From positions 1 to 40,533 of the IMG/VR virus record IMGVR_UViG_3300032373_001200: a stretch of DNA of 40,533 nt. One strand, written 5' to 3'. Origin of the DNA: a virus. Its lineage: Duplodnaviria > Caudoviricetes. Shown in pieces: positions 16,426-26,019 of this stretch. Every line of letters starts with the position of its first letter. The stretch's first letter is position 1. The position numbers and the translations under genes are program-made. The notes beneath the pieces were generated by a model. The model did no database searches. It saw only the letters and a list, made by a program, of their open reading frames with translations, and was not told the DNA's origin.

Positions 16426-18756
16426 CTACAGTGTGTCGTGCAATGCTGAACGTGCTTTGGCTGCGGCTTGGCGTTCTAGTTTTTTTATTTCTCGCGCAAT
16501 GAGTTGTGCGAGTTGTTGATCGTCTTTTGCTTTGCTGCCATCCACATGGATGTGGAAGGTTTGGTTGATCTCAATTTTTTGCGAGCTGCTGGCAGCTTGT
16601 GCATTGCCTGCTTTGACGAATGACGGTTGTGCGCTTGCTGTTCCTGCTGCTAGGCCTAATGCCATTGCGGTGGGCAGTGCGCCGGGTAGTTTGTTGCCGA
16701 GCTGTTTTACGGCATTGAGTGCGACGTTTGATTTGTTCTCGATACCTACACCAACACCTTCGGCTACGTGGCCGCCGAGTTTGGCGAACACGCGGGAAGG
16801 GGAGCGGATGCCTAATGGTTTTTTTAACCATTCTGGCATTAAGCCACCGAGGGCACCGAGTTTTTCCTTGATCCAACCCAGGCCACCGTTAATACCATCC
16901 TTCAAACCTTGCATGATGTTGGTGCCGATGAGTTTGAATTTTTCACCCAGCTTGGTGAAGCCTCTGCCTAAGCCTTCCCATAGTTCTTTGAATTGTGGGC
17001 CGAGGGTTTCCCAATTGCTCCAGATTAATGCGGCGGCGGTAACTATGCCTGTGATGGCTAATCCTATCGGGTTTGCGATGAGTGCGCCGGATATTAGCTT
17101 GATGCCTGTAATCACTGCAGGCGCAACAGTACCAATTAAACCCAAACCTGTAACCAGGGTAAAAGCAACGCCAGCGACTAGGCCAATGTTTTCTATTAGG
17201 CCTGGGTTTTCGCTGGCCCATGCGCTGAAGCTTCGCGTGACTTCTGTGAGCGATTGAACAGCATTTGATAAGGTTGGTAGGAATACATCACCGACGGTTA
17301 TTGCGAGATCTTCTATTGCTGATTTCCATTGTTTGAAGTTGCCTTTTGCATTGGCTCCCATTTGTTTTGCAACCCGTTCGCTTACGCCACCTGAGTTTTG
17401 GATTTCTGTTGTGTAGTTGCGTATACCATCTGCACCTTGGCTAAGTAGTTCTGCTATGCCTGCGGCGGGTTCTTCACCGAACAATGTTTTTAAAATTTCA
17501 AGCCGCTGACCTGAACCCATTCTTTTTGTTGCTTTGCCTAAATCACCAACGATGTCGGTGATGTTGCGCATGTTGCCTTCGCTATCGCGGGTTTGTATGC
17601 CTAGCTCTTTGAGTGCGGTTGCGGCCTCGCCTGCTGGGGCTGAAAGGCGGGTTAGCATTGAGCGTAAGGTTGTGCCTGCTGAACTACCTTTGATGCCGAC
17701 ATTGCCTAGCAAGCCGGTCATTGCTGCGGTTTGCTCTATGGATACGCCAAACTCTTTTGCTATGGGTGCGACGTACTTCATCGATTCACCGAGCATCTCT
17801 AATGTTGTATTGCTCGTGGTGAAAGTTTTGGTAAGTACATCTGCTACGCGTGGCATTTGATCGGCTGTTAAACCGAAACCGGAAAGGATGTCGCTGGAGA
17901 TATCTGCCGCTCTGCCTAAATCTGTTGCACCAGATTTTGCGAGGTTGAGCACACCGGGCATGGCTGCAATGATTTGGTTTGTTTTGAAACCTGCCATGCC
18001 GAGGAACTTCATGCCTTCGGCGGATTCACTTGCTGAGAAGCTTGTGGTTCTGCCTAGCTCTCTGGCTTTGTTTCTTAGTGCATCAAAGTCTTTTCCGCTG
18101 GCTTGGGTGATGGCGGATACGTGGGACATGCTCGATTCAAAATCTGCAGCGGTAGCCACCATGGGTGTAACTAAACCAGCGGTACCGATGGCACCGGCTA
18201 GGGTGATGCCTTTGACTTTTTTCCAGACGTTACCGAGGGCGTTACCGGCTTTTTTTAACATGCCGATCTGTTTTTTTTGTACTTTGAGTTTCTCGGTTAG
18301 TTTGCCGGTTTTGGTGCTGAGGGCATCTTGGGCTTTGCCTAGGTTGCGTGTATCTATCCCTTGGCCGCGTAGTTGACTGCGGACTGATGAGGCATCAGAT
18401 TTTAATTTGCGTTGTGATGATGCAAGATCGTCGATTTTTCTTTTTGTGGAGCCGATGGATTTTTCTAAACGCTTGGTTGACTTGCCAGCTTGTTTGGCCT
18501 CGTTGAATTCTCGCCATAGACCATCTAATTTTTTTCGTGCGGTATCGGATTGTTGACCGATAGAACCAAGTTTTTTGTTTAGGTTGCCAAGGTGTTCGAG
18601 CTGCTTTGACTGCTGGTTGAGTTCTTTTATTTTGCTTTTTGTGATGCCGATATCTTTGGCGAGTCGTCTGGAGACAGCACCGGCTTTGCCTGCCGGTGCT
18701 GAGAATTTATCGGCTATGCCTATTGATAGTGAGTAGGCTAGGTCTTTTATACCCAT
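16426..18756 (-). CDS. T: Tail tape measure protein gpT (TP901-type core)
   Basis: FESSMSHV...LGRTTSFSASE, GIKGSSAGT, LGIRSPSRVF. Confidence 0.95.
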   Translation of the reverse strand: MGIKDLAYSLSIGIADKFSAPAGKAGAVSRRLAKDIGITKSKIKELNQQSKQLEHLGNLNKKLGSIGQQSDTARKKLDGLWREFNEAKQAGKSTKRLEKSIGSTKRKIDDLASSQRKLKSDASSVRSQLRGQGIDTRNLGKAQDALSTKTGKLTEKLKVQKKQIGMLKKAGNALGNVWKKVKGITLAGAIGTAGLVTPMVATAADFESSMSHVSAITQASGKDFDALRNKARELGRTTSFSASESAEGMKFLGMAGFKTNQIIAAMPGVLNLAKSGATDLGRAADISSDILSGFGLTADQMPRVADVLTKTFTTSNTTLEMLGESMKYVAPIAKEFGVSIEQTAAMTGLLGNVGIKGSSAGTTLRSMLTRLSAPAGEAATALKELGIQTRDSEGNMRNITDIVGDLGKATKRMGSGQRLEILKTLFGEEPAAGIAELLSQGADGIRNYTTEIQNSGGVSERVAKQMGANAKGNFKQWKSAIEDLAITVGDVFLPTLSNAVQSLTEVTRSFSAWASENPGLIENIGLVAGVAFTLVTGLGLIGTVAPAVITGIKLISGALIANPIGLAITGIVTAAALIWSNWETLGPQFKELWEGLGRGFTKLGEKFKLIGTNIMQGLKDGINGGLGWIKEKLGALGGLMPEWLKKPLGIRSPSRVFAKLGGHVAEGVGVGIENKSNVALNAVKQLGNKLPGALPTAMALGLAAGTASAQPSFVKAGNAQAASSSQKIEINQTFHIHVDGSKAKDDQQLAQLIAREIKKLERQAAAKARSALHDTL

Positions 18757-18758
18757 GT

Positions 18759-18923
18759 TTATTTTTCTTCTTTAGGTAATCGGTCGATTGCTTTGTCCCA
18801 CCAGTTCATCAATTCCCCGAGATACATCTTGTCCATGGCATCTGGCGGCCAATGGTTGAGGGTCGCCAGGTCTGCCATTATTTCTTCTACTTCGTAGGGG
18901 ACTCGCTCTTCTGATCCAAAAAA
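18759..18923 (-). CDS. E': gpE' extension made by -1 frameshift at TTTTTTG
   Basis: Slippery T6G at 18917-18923; -1 frame reads FGSEERVPYEVEEIMADLATLNHWPPDAMDKMYLGELMNWWDKAIDRLPKEEK*. Confidence 0.9.
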   Translation of the reverse strand, partial: FFGSEERVPYEVEEIMADLATLNHWPPDAMDKMYLGELMNWWDKAIDRLPKEEK

Positions 18924-19180
18924 GTTGCGGTACCTACAGCAAGTGCGGTGAAGTCACCGGGATTCATTTTGCTGAGTTCATCTTCCGTTAGCGCTGGGTC
19001 ACTAATGCGTGGAATGACTTTTATCATTGAATCCACATCTGCATTGGATAGATCAGTGAGGCGAACACCGCGAAGTTCACCGGCTGCAGGTTGGCGAAGG
19101 TTGATTGATTCGTGACTTTTTTCACCGCGTTTAATTGCTTCATCGATTTTGATAGTCTTTACTTTGCTTGGCTTGGCCAT
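18887..19180 (-). CDS. E: Tail assembly chaperone gpE
   Basis: LRQPAAGELRGVRLTDL...PRISDPALT. Confidence 0.93.
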   Translation of the reverse strand: MAKPSKVKTIKIDEAIKRGEKSHESINLRQPAAGELRGVRLTDLSNADVDSMIKVIPRISDPALTEDELSKMNPGDFTALAVGTATFLDQKSESPTK

Positions 19181-19220
19181 TGTGTTTTCCTTTTATTGTA
19201 AGAGGGTGTTTTGGTAGGGG

Positions 19221-19733
19221 TTAGATTGCGAGTGCTTCGCGTTGTAGTGCTAGTCGATCCACGCCATCAATCAACTCGACCATGTTGATGTGATCGATTT
19301 CAATAATCGGGATGCCGTTCAATTCATAGCGAAGGTAGACGATTTCGCCTTTTAATTTCATGTTGGATTCTTCTCCAGCTTTCGCTTCATCAAATCCGAT
19401 TTCGCTGTAACGACCGCGCATGATGACTTCTATGCCGTCTACTGCATCGTCAATTTCATCGTTAACGGCAGCGCCTCTAAAACGAAGTTCTACACCATCT
19501 ATGGTTTGTATTCCCCATTTGGCTAGTAGTTTCTTAGAATATTCATACATGACGATCTCGGTATCCATCGCCTCTGAACCCATGTCGGATTTAACCGGGC
19601 CGCTCATACCTCCGGCACGGTACTCCAACATTTTTCTAGCGAGTGTTGGCAAGCGAACTGATGCTGATTTACCTGCATAACTATCTGCACCCTCAAAGGT
19701 GTTAAAGTTTTTTAATTTAAATGGTAATGGCAT
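19221..19733 (-). CDS. FII: Tail tube protein gpFII
   Basis: LPFKLKNFN, EYRAGGMSGPV, IEIDHINMVELIDGVDRL. Confidence 0.95.
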   Translation of the reverse strand: MPLPFKLKNFNTFEGADSYAGKSASVRLPTLARKMLEYRAGGMSGPVKSDMGSEAMDTEIVMYEYSKKLLAKWGIQTIDGVELRFRGAAVNDEIDDAVDGIEVIMRGRYSEIGFDEAKAGEESNMKLKGEIVYLRYELNGIPIIEIDHINMVELIDGVDRLALQREALAI

Positions 19734-19773
19734 GACCGTTACTCCTGTTTTTGGTTGTTAGCTATCGAATTGT

Positions 19774-21135
19774 TTACGGTAAAAGCTGATCGTAATATTC
19801 GGTTGTTATTTGCTGTATGAAAGTTGGGTTCTCAATTGGTGGAATCGGCGAAAAATTATAGGTGAAGTGTGGGTTACCCGCAGCCAAAATAGATTCGGTA
19901 TTTTTGGCTGGGTCCATCCAACATTTACCGTCAACCAAATCACCGTTTGCTTTCCATTGGCGTATTTTTGCATTGACTCGATCTACCATTACGCCGAGTG
20001 TGACTTTAGTCATTTTCGCGGAGACGTATGGCATTTGCGCTTCTGCGATTGTGTCGGAGATAACATCGCTTGAGCGTGTTGCTGATTCGTAGACCCAATC
20101 AGGTTCAGCGCTGGTTGTTCTATCGCCCCAAAATCGAAATCCTTTTTCGTTAATCAGGGTGGTTATGTGGTTTTCGTTGAGAAAGTTTGCATCTGTGTTT
20201 GGATCTTGTAGATCCCAACTGATATCGCGATCGATACCTGATACACCATTGATGACTACGTTGGAGATTGTTTTGCTCCAACTTAGTAGGTTGTCGATTT
20301 TTGCGCGCATACCGAGAACACGGGCGATGGCATATAGCGTGTTGCCATCGGCATCGAGAAAATCACCGTGGATTAACATTAGGCGTTTGCTGCCAAATAG
20401 TGCGCGGTTTGCGACGGCAAGTTCTTTTGTTGCCGAGTTTGTCGAAGCGTAGCCGAATGCTTTTAGTGCATCGAGTATTGGGGGGAGAGCGGTTTTAACG
20501 GCTTCGGTATCGAGTTGTGGTGTGCCGATGATGCGAGGTTTTGCGCCGACTTTGGTTTTAGCAACACGGAATAATTCCAAGCCTGAGCGTTTGCCTTGAG
20601 CATCTATGCCGCCGATTACTGCAGCATCGTCAACTAATGACGCATCAGGGATGTTATACGAAAGGCTGATTGTTGTTCCGCCTGCTGCGATGCCGCCACC
20701 GTCGATTCGTTTGTATTTGTTGGTGACTATGTCGTAGGTGTAGTCAACACCTTCAGTGTAATCCGTTAGTGTATCTTGTGATTTGAGGTCACTTGCATAG
20801 TTGTATTCATTCGCCGGGGTGAATTCGTCTGTAACTGCATCGAATGTGTATTCAGTTGCTGCAATTGGTGCGAAGTGCACGGCGGGATCGAGTACGTTAA
20901 TGAAAACACAGGTTGCTGAGCCTTGATCGAAGATGCCGTTTAACGTGTCATCCACCGAGCCAACACCACTGCCGAATTCTTTGACGCCATCGGCTTTTGA
21001 ATTGATGAGTACGTTTTCATTAACTCTACCCATGGGGGCGGTGATAATTGTGCCGATTACGCTGGTTGATATCCCTTGAATTGGGGGAGTGCCTGCGTTT
21101 TCTTGTTTTGATGTTACGCCGTGCATGAATGGCAT
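19774..21135 (-). CDS. FI: Contractile tail sheath gpFI with inserted beta-rich domain
   Basis: FMHGV, KPRIIGTP, ISWDLQDPNTDANFLN, GFRFWGDRT. Confidence 0.95.
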   Translation of the reverse strand: MPFMHGVTSKQENAGTPPIQGISTSVIGTIITAPMGRVNENVLINSKADGVKEFGSGVGSVDDTLNGIFDQGSATCVFINVLDPAVHFAPIAATEYTFDAVTDEFTPANEYNYASDLKSQDTLTDYTEGVDYTYDIVTNKYKRIDGGGIAAGGTTISLSYNIPDASLVDDAAVIGGIDAQGKRSGLELFRVAKTKVGAKPRIIGTPQLDTEAVKTALPPILDALKAFGYASTNSATKELAVANRALFGSKRLMLIHGDFLDADGNTLYAIARVLGMRAKIDNLLSWSKTISNVVINGVSGIDRDISWDLQDPNTDANFLNENHITTLINEKGFRFWGDRTTSAEPDWVYESATRSSDVISDTIAEAQMPYVSAKMTKVTLGVMVDRVNAKIRQWKANGDLVDGKCWMDPAKNTESILAAGNPHFTYNFSPIPPIENPTFIQQITTEYYDQLLP

Positions 21136-21154
21136 GATGGTGTCTCCTTTGCTG

Positions 21155-21619
21155 TTATTGTTCGGTTGGTGGCTTGGTGATAAAGGGTTCTATTGCTAAT
21201 AGACACTTTGCTGATACGTCGAGTTTTTGAATTTCCTCTTCTGATATTGAGAGGGTTTCGATATCGACTTGTTGGTTGAGAATTTCGTTGATCTCTTTTT
21301 GAAATGCGGTTCTTGCAGCGTTGTATTTTTCGCTGCACTCGGTGAATTTTTTTTGTTGCACAGGGCTTGGCTTTTCTTTGCCTGATAGTTTTTGTTTTAG
21401 CTCAATATATCCTTTTTCGAGATCTGCGATATTTAAAGTTTGAGTAAGTTGGTCGCGGGTTTTTTCGAAAACCTGGTAGTGCTTTTCTATAGCTTGAAAG
21501 GTGCGCATGAGGTTGAGCGCCGTAGTTCCCCGCATACGTTGCTCGATAATCTCCCGTCCGTCGATCATTGCGCGGGTGATTTGTTTGAAAGTTAATTTTT
21601 GTTTGATAACGTTGCTCAT
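21155..21619 (-). CDS. Tail-fibre-associated protein in the gpG position (DUF1617-like)
   Basis: FEKTRDQL...FQKEINEILNQQVDI...LLAIEPFI; no similarity seen to P2 gpG. Confidence 0.6.
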   Translation of the reverse strand: MSNVIKQKLTFKQITRAMIDGREIIEQRMRGTTALNLMRTFQAIEKHYQVFEKTRDQLTQTLNIADLEKGYIELKQKLSGKEKPSPVQQKKFTECSEKYNAARTAFQKEINEILNQQVDIETLSISEEEIQKLDVSAKCLLAIEPFITKPPTEQ

Positions 21620-21630
21620 GGTTGTTCCCC

Positions 21631-23022
21631 CTAGTGAGTTTTTTCTAACGTTTTTAAACGCTGGTTGAGTTCATATATGTGGATGGCTTGGACCTCGATG
21701 GTTTCCCAAATACGTTGGGATAGTTCACCGAGTGAGTGTTTTTTGCGGTTCCATTCTTCTCGCGTTGGCATGGTGGGTAGGCTGCTTGTTTGTAGCCAGT
21801 GTGAGGAGAACTTATCGATATTTAAGATTTCTGGTTGTTGTAGGAAACGTTGTGCCTGGTGTAAGTCTTGTTCGTGAACTTCACCTGACACGTAGTAATC
21901 GAAGACGTAGTCAGTTAACAGGGTGTTGTCATCGTAGACGGCGACGGCGTTGACGGTGCCGAAGCCAAGTTTTCCGCCGCTTGGATTGCCGACTACAACG
22001 CTGCCATTACTCGCCACTGTTAAGGCTGTACTCCAAGCAATTACATCATCTTCAGCGCCGCTGGGTGCTATTTGGAAAACAAAGTCGTTTATTAAGTTTG
22101 GTATGAGCCTAGCTGCTGTGCCTGCACTCCATAGGGCAAATTGATTTGATGCGTTGTAGTAGGCGTTTCTATAGATGCCTGGAAAACCTCCTGATCCATC
22201 AGGTGATCCGATGATACCTTCACTGCCGAAATGAAAACCTGATGCCGATTGATTCCATGCTTTAGAACCATCATATCCAGCGCCGACACTAATGATTCCA
22301 TGGTCTGGATTCATCCAGAGGTATGGAGGAGTCATAATGGATGTTTGGCCTGTTGAAATTATTAAATCGCTATTCTCTCGATTTAATATGGTTAAGCGAC
22401 CGTTGTTATCTACGCTTATGTCGCTGCCATCGTCTACACCTAAACCTGTTGACGAGTTTTGTAGTGTTAGGTGTACATCTGTCGTGCTACTTCGTAAGGT
22501 TAAGTCGTTAAATGTTGGGCTGGATGCTACTTTTACCGCTTGATCTAAATAAGTGTCTAGCTGGGTGGTCACCCAGTTTTGTGTCGCCATTACAACCGTT
22601 GGATCGATGATCACTTGTACCGATGATGCATTGGCGTGCTGGAAGAAAGTTTGATAGTACTGATCGCGATCGGCATTTTCTGCCAATGTTGGTTTGTAAG
22701 ATAAGGGAACGCTTGCGACTACAACCAGGTCGCCATCCTGATCTCTAAAACCCATGCCACGAATATCGAAACCGCCTTGGTCTGTGGGTATTCTGCCTTC
22801 AAGCACATAAGTGGCAGGTATGGTTGCATGTGGATAGACGGTGTTAGTTGGGCCTGACCATACGACGTTAGGCAAATTTTCATCTGCGATATCTGGTGTG
22901 TAGAAAACTCCTAATCCATCTGTAAATTCTACAGTTGTTAGCACGACTGCTGGGCCGCCTCCGTCTGCCGCCGAAAATTTCGCAAGGCCTATGGTTGTTT
23001 TTATTGCATCGAAAACTGACAT
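21631..23022 (-). CDS. H: Tail fibre gpH with C-terminal S74-like chaperone/coiled coil
   Basis: P2-type N-terminus (IPTDQGGFDIRGMG, IDPTVVMATQNWV); C-terminal DYVF..LPTMPT..LGELSQRIWETIEVQAIHIYELNQRL; start re-called at MSVFD. Confidence 0.88.
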   Translation of the reverse strand: MSVFDAIKTTIGLAKFSAADGGGPAVVLTTVEFTDGLGVFYTPDIADENLPNVVWSGPTNTVYPHATIPATYVLEGRIPTDQGGFDIRGMGFRDQDGDLVVVASVPLSYKPTLAENADRDQYYQTFFQHANASSVQVIIDPTVVMATQNWVTTQLDTYLDQAVKVASSPTFNDLTLRSSTTDVHLTLQNSSTGLGVDDGSDISVDNNGRLTILNRENSDLIISTGQTSIMTPPYLWMNPDHGIISVGAGYDGSKAWNQSASGFHFGSEGIIGSPDGSGGFPGIYRNAYYNASNQFALWSAGTAARLIPNLINDFVFQIAPSGAEDDVIAWSTALTVASNGSVVVGNPSGGKLGFGTVNAVAVYDDNTLLTDYVFDYYVSGEVHEQDLHQAQRFLQQPEILNIDKFSSHWLQTSSLPTMPTREEWNRKKHSLGELSQRIWETIEVQAIHIYELNQRLKTLEKTH

Positions 23023-23579
23023 TAGAATTCCCACCAAGATGGATAGATTGTGATTGTTTCAGAAATTAGAGTTGCGCCACCTTCGTAGTGGGTTCCCTGA
23101 ACTGATTGGTAAATATTGACAATATCGAGGTGAGAACGAACGTTTTTATGCAGTTCTATCACTGAATCGATTTCGTTTTGTGTTTCTGCTGTTATGCCTT
23201 GTTCGTCTAGCTCTACTTCTACAGTGAATGTTCCTGGCACTCCTTGCGGGTCTTCTTGAAACCATTCAATAACGGTGATTGACATGTTCAATGCAGCTAG
23301 TGCTTTTTTTAGTGAGCCTGCTGTGCCGCGAATTCTGCGGGATTCTAGGTGTTGTTTTATGTAGGCGCGTTTTACTGGTTCGCTCCAGTTTGGATTCCAG
23401 TGATCTACTACTAATGTGTGTGCGAGTAGGTTTAACTGAGCTGCTGGGCATAGATCAGGGTTGTAGTAGTTTGAAACTGCGCTAACGTCTAACTCATCTA
23501 TTTTGGTGACGGTTTCGGCTAGGTCTTTTTCGAACTGTGTTGCGTTGGGTGGTAGTAGATGTTTAATCAATGGTGGCAC
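23022..23579 (-). CDS. I: Baseplate/tail protein gpI
   Basis: LLPPNAT, NPDLCPA, IEWFQEDPQGVPGTF, KNVRSHL. Confidence 0.95.
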   Translation of the reverse strand: MPPLIKHLLPPNATQFEKDLAETVTKIDELDVSAVSNYYNPDLCPAAQLNLLAHTLVVDHWNPNWSEPVKRAYIKQHLESRRIRGTAGSLKKALAALNMSITVIEWFQEDPQGVPGTFTVEVELDEQGITAETQNEIDSVIELHKNVRSHLDIVNIYQSVQGTHYEGGATLISETITIYPSWWEF

Positions 23580-24459
23580 CTATCGCTAGTGTTATGCCTG
23601 TGCAATATGAGGCTTGGTATTTTGTGACGGGCATGTCTGCTGTTATTGCTCCACCTGTGTTGTTAAGCACTACGTTGTGGGCACCTTCGGTTTTTATTTC
23701 GTCACGGATTCCGAGTTCGGTTATGTCGCGCCCGAGTGCGCGTTGTTCTTCTACCCATAGATCAATTGCTGCTTGTGCGTTTGCGAGGATGGTGGCTTGA
23801 TCAAAACCGCGATAGACATCTATGGTTGCGTTTATTGAGTAGGGGAGGATTGTTGCTGCGATTACATTGACTTGATCGGTGAGTGGACGAACGTCATCTG
23901 TTAATGCATTTGTGACTGTTGTGAGCAGTGCGGCATCGGGTGTGCCGTCGCCTATTCTTGAGAGTATGATTACGTCTACCACTGCTGGTGATGGGCTGAC
24001 TGGTGCTACGTCTGTTACATCGCCTGATGCACTTTTTGCGTGGTAAATGTAGCCGGGTTTGCTACCTGCTGTTGAATATGTATCACCCGCCAACATGATG
24101 CGCGCCATGTAGTCTTCATCTTCTTCGTTGACTTGTTCTACGGGTGGCGTTGCGTTTAGATCTTCTACTACTATCACTAAACGTGGGGTGAGGTGATAGG
24201 TGTTGCCGATGTAATCCAGTGCTGGCCCTTTCGCGAACGGGAAGAATAGACTTTTTGCGCGATCATTGAATTCAACTGATTTTACAAATTCTTTATAAGA
24301 GCCAACTGCCATGTTGTTATACGATGGGTCTGTTGCTTCTACGCTGTACTTTTCATCCTTACCCCTTAGTAGTGCGAGGTTTTCGTCGAAGGTTTCGGTT
24401 TCCGTTTGTTGTGGGAACGCATCTTCTACGTTAAGTGAGGAAAGAGGGACAATAGGCAT
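23563..24459 (-). CDS. J: Baseplate assembly protein gpJ
   Basis: STAGSKPGYIYHAKSA, DVRPLTDQVNV, ASYCTGI. Confidence 0.95.
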   Translation of the reverse strand: MPIVPLSSLNVEDAFPQQTETETFDENLALLRGKDEKYSVEATDPSYNNMAVGSYKEFVKSVEFNDRAKSLFFPFAKGPALDYIGNTYHLTPRLVIVVEDLNATPPVEQVNEEDEDYMARIMLAGDTYSTAGSKPGYIYHAKSASGDVTDVAPVSPSPAVVDVIILSRIGDGTPDAALLTTVTNALTDDVRPLTDQVNVIAATILPYSINATIDVYRGFDQATILANAQAAIDLWVEEQRALGRDITELGIRDEIKTEGAHNVVLNNTGGAITADMPVTKYQASYCTGITLAIGATID

Positions 24460-24833
24460 TAGGCTGCCTTTCTCACGGGTAAGTTTAGATTGATGGTTGT
24501 GCCTGCGATAATGTTATCGACATTCTCGGTTGTGATGCCGGTTATGACGATGGTAAAAACACCGTTTGCGATATCGCTATTTTTTTGCGCTTGGATGCGT
24601 GTTGGAATAAATTCTGGTACCCAACGGGTGATCGCCTCGACACATGATGAATAGAGTTTTAGTAAGTTGGTTTGGTTACCAGGTGCCGATATCATTTCAA
24701 AGGTGTAGGAACCGAACGATCTGTTGAGCACACAACTATCGATAGGTGTGATGATGGCTTTATCGATTTTTTGGGTTAGCCACTCTATGCCGGTAATTTT
24801 TTTGCCAGTGTGTGCGTTCATTCCGTATTGCAT
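24459..24833 (-). CDS. W: Baseplate wedge gpW (gp25-like)
   Basis: GMNAHTGK, TPIDSCVLNRSFGS, AITRWVP; start re-called at MQYG (TAATG overlap). Confidence 0.9.
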   Translation of the reverse strand: MQYGMNAHTGKKITGIEWLTQKIDKAIITPIDSCVLNRSFGSYTFEMISAPGNQTNLLKLYSSCVEAITRWVPEFIPTRIQAQKNSDIANGVFTIVITGITTENVDNIIAGTTINLNLPVRKAA

Positions 24834-25354
24834 TAGGTAATGAACTCCGGGAATGGTGTTGGTACAGGTGGTGTTCCTGGAATTATTTCTGTGATAACAC
24901 AGGGTATGGTTTTGACAACGTTTTGTGTGGCGTTGTAAAAGTCTAACCAACCGTCTGGTTTTGATTGATCGGTGACGAGTGCTTGTGCGGCGGCTATCAT
25001 CGGTGCTAGTACAGCGGAACCATTAACGACTACTGAGACTACGGATGTGCCACCGTGTGCAGGTGCGCCTGGTGTAATGAAAGATGACCAGTAATTACAA
25101 AGCCCTTGTGCGATTTTGGTGATGGTTGCTGGTGTGTTGTCGCTGATGAATGCCGATTCTAATAGTGATAGTGTGCCACCTGCTGTGCAATCGGCACCGG
25201 GTAACGTGGCAGATTTTGCGTAGTCGTGATAGGCCAACGCGAAATCTTTGGCGATGTCTGTTGGTGATTTAATTTCTTCACCGTTATTGTGTTTGTTGAT
25301 TTGTGCAATTAGTGCGTTATTAGCTGCTGTTGCTCCGGTGTTGGCATTTAACAT
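24833..25354 (-). CDS. Extra baseplate-region protein between gpV and gpW
   Basis: TAATG-coupled on both sides; A/G/T/P-rich; no P2 counterpart recognised. Confidence 0.75.
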   Translation of the reverse strand: MLNANTGATAANNALIAQINKHNNGEEIKSPTDIAKDFALAYHDYAKSATLPGADCTAGGTLSLLESAFISDNTPATITKIAQGLCNYWSSFITPGAPAHGGTSVVSVVVNGSAVLAPMIAAAQALVTDQSKPDGWLDFYNATQNVVKTIPCVITEIIPGTPPVPTPFPEFIT

Positions 25355-25953
25355 TATGCAGCATCCACTTTGTTGGTTGGGCTGGTTAAGCCGCCGAGGT
25401 TGCCAATGTATTGCGCGGTGTTGTAGTTTTGGCGAAGGCGATCGAGTGCGCCTATGCTGTCTTCTACTTCTCCAGTTGCTTTGAAATTGCCATCAAGTTC
25501 TGTATCGCCTTGCATTGATATACCAGCGGGTGCGACAAAGTTAATTTTTCCACCATCTGGCAATATGAAATCTAGTTGATGAGTATCTGTATCGTATTGA
25601 AATATTGCACCGTCTGAAAACTCTTGTTGAATCAGAGTGGAAGAATTGGATTTCGCTGGGTGCGCGGTTTGATTTAGTCTTGCGACGATTACGGCGATTG
25701 ACATGTTGCCGGATGGTGAAAGGAATAGAACTTGCTCACCTATTTTTGGTGGATTCCATTCGTTGTTTGCTGAGGCAAATTTTACGGTCCATTTTATCCA
25801 GCCTGTTAAGACTGGATCACCATTTTCATCTGTGTCGTATTGAACACGGGCTTTTGCTATTTCTAAATCAAGTTCCGCAATCGTACCGAAACGCTGCATG
25901 TTCTCTATGCGGCGTAATATTTCGGATAATTCGTATTCTTGATTTGCACTCAT
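25354..25953 (-). CDS. V: Baseplate spike gpV
   Basis: RRIENMQRFGTI, WNPPKIGEQVLFLSPSG, FSDGAIFQYD. Confidence 0.95.
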   Translation of the reverse strand: MSANQEYELSEILRRIENMQRFGTIAELDLEIAKARVQYDTDENGDPVLTGWIKWTVKFASANNEWNPPKIGEQVLFLSPSGNMSIAVIVARLNQTAHPAKSNSSTLIQQEFSDGAIFQYDTDTHQLDFILPDGGKINFVAPAGISMQGDTELDGNFKATGEVEDSIGALDRLRQNYNTAQYIGNLGGLTSPTNKVDAA

Positions 25954-26019
25954 ACATTCGATTATCGAATGCTTTTTTTGTTTTATCCTGCTTGTGAAAG
26001 AGTAGTGGTTGGCACTACT
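25954..26019 (-). promoter_or_regulatory. Late promoter for V with putative Ogr site
   Basis: AGTAGTG-gttgg-CACTACT (26001-26019) centred 57 bp from the ATG; GATAAT 7 nt before the ATG. Confidence 0.75.

Noticed and set aside
16532-18376. Long + strand ORFs (241, 108, 162 aa) and similar ORFs opposite other structural genes
   Set aside because: Antisense shadows of well-supported genes with no RBS or motif support.
24459-24833. gpW (gp25/lysozyme-like annotation) as the missing endolysin
   Set aside because: The gpW/gp25 family is a structural baseplate component.
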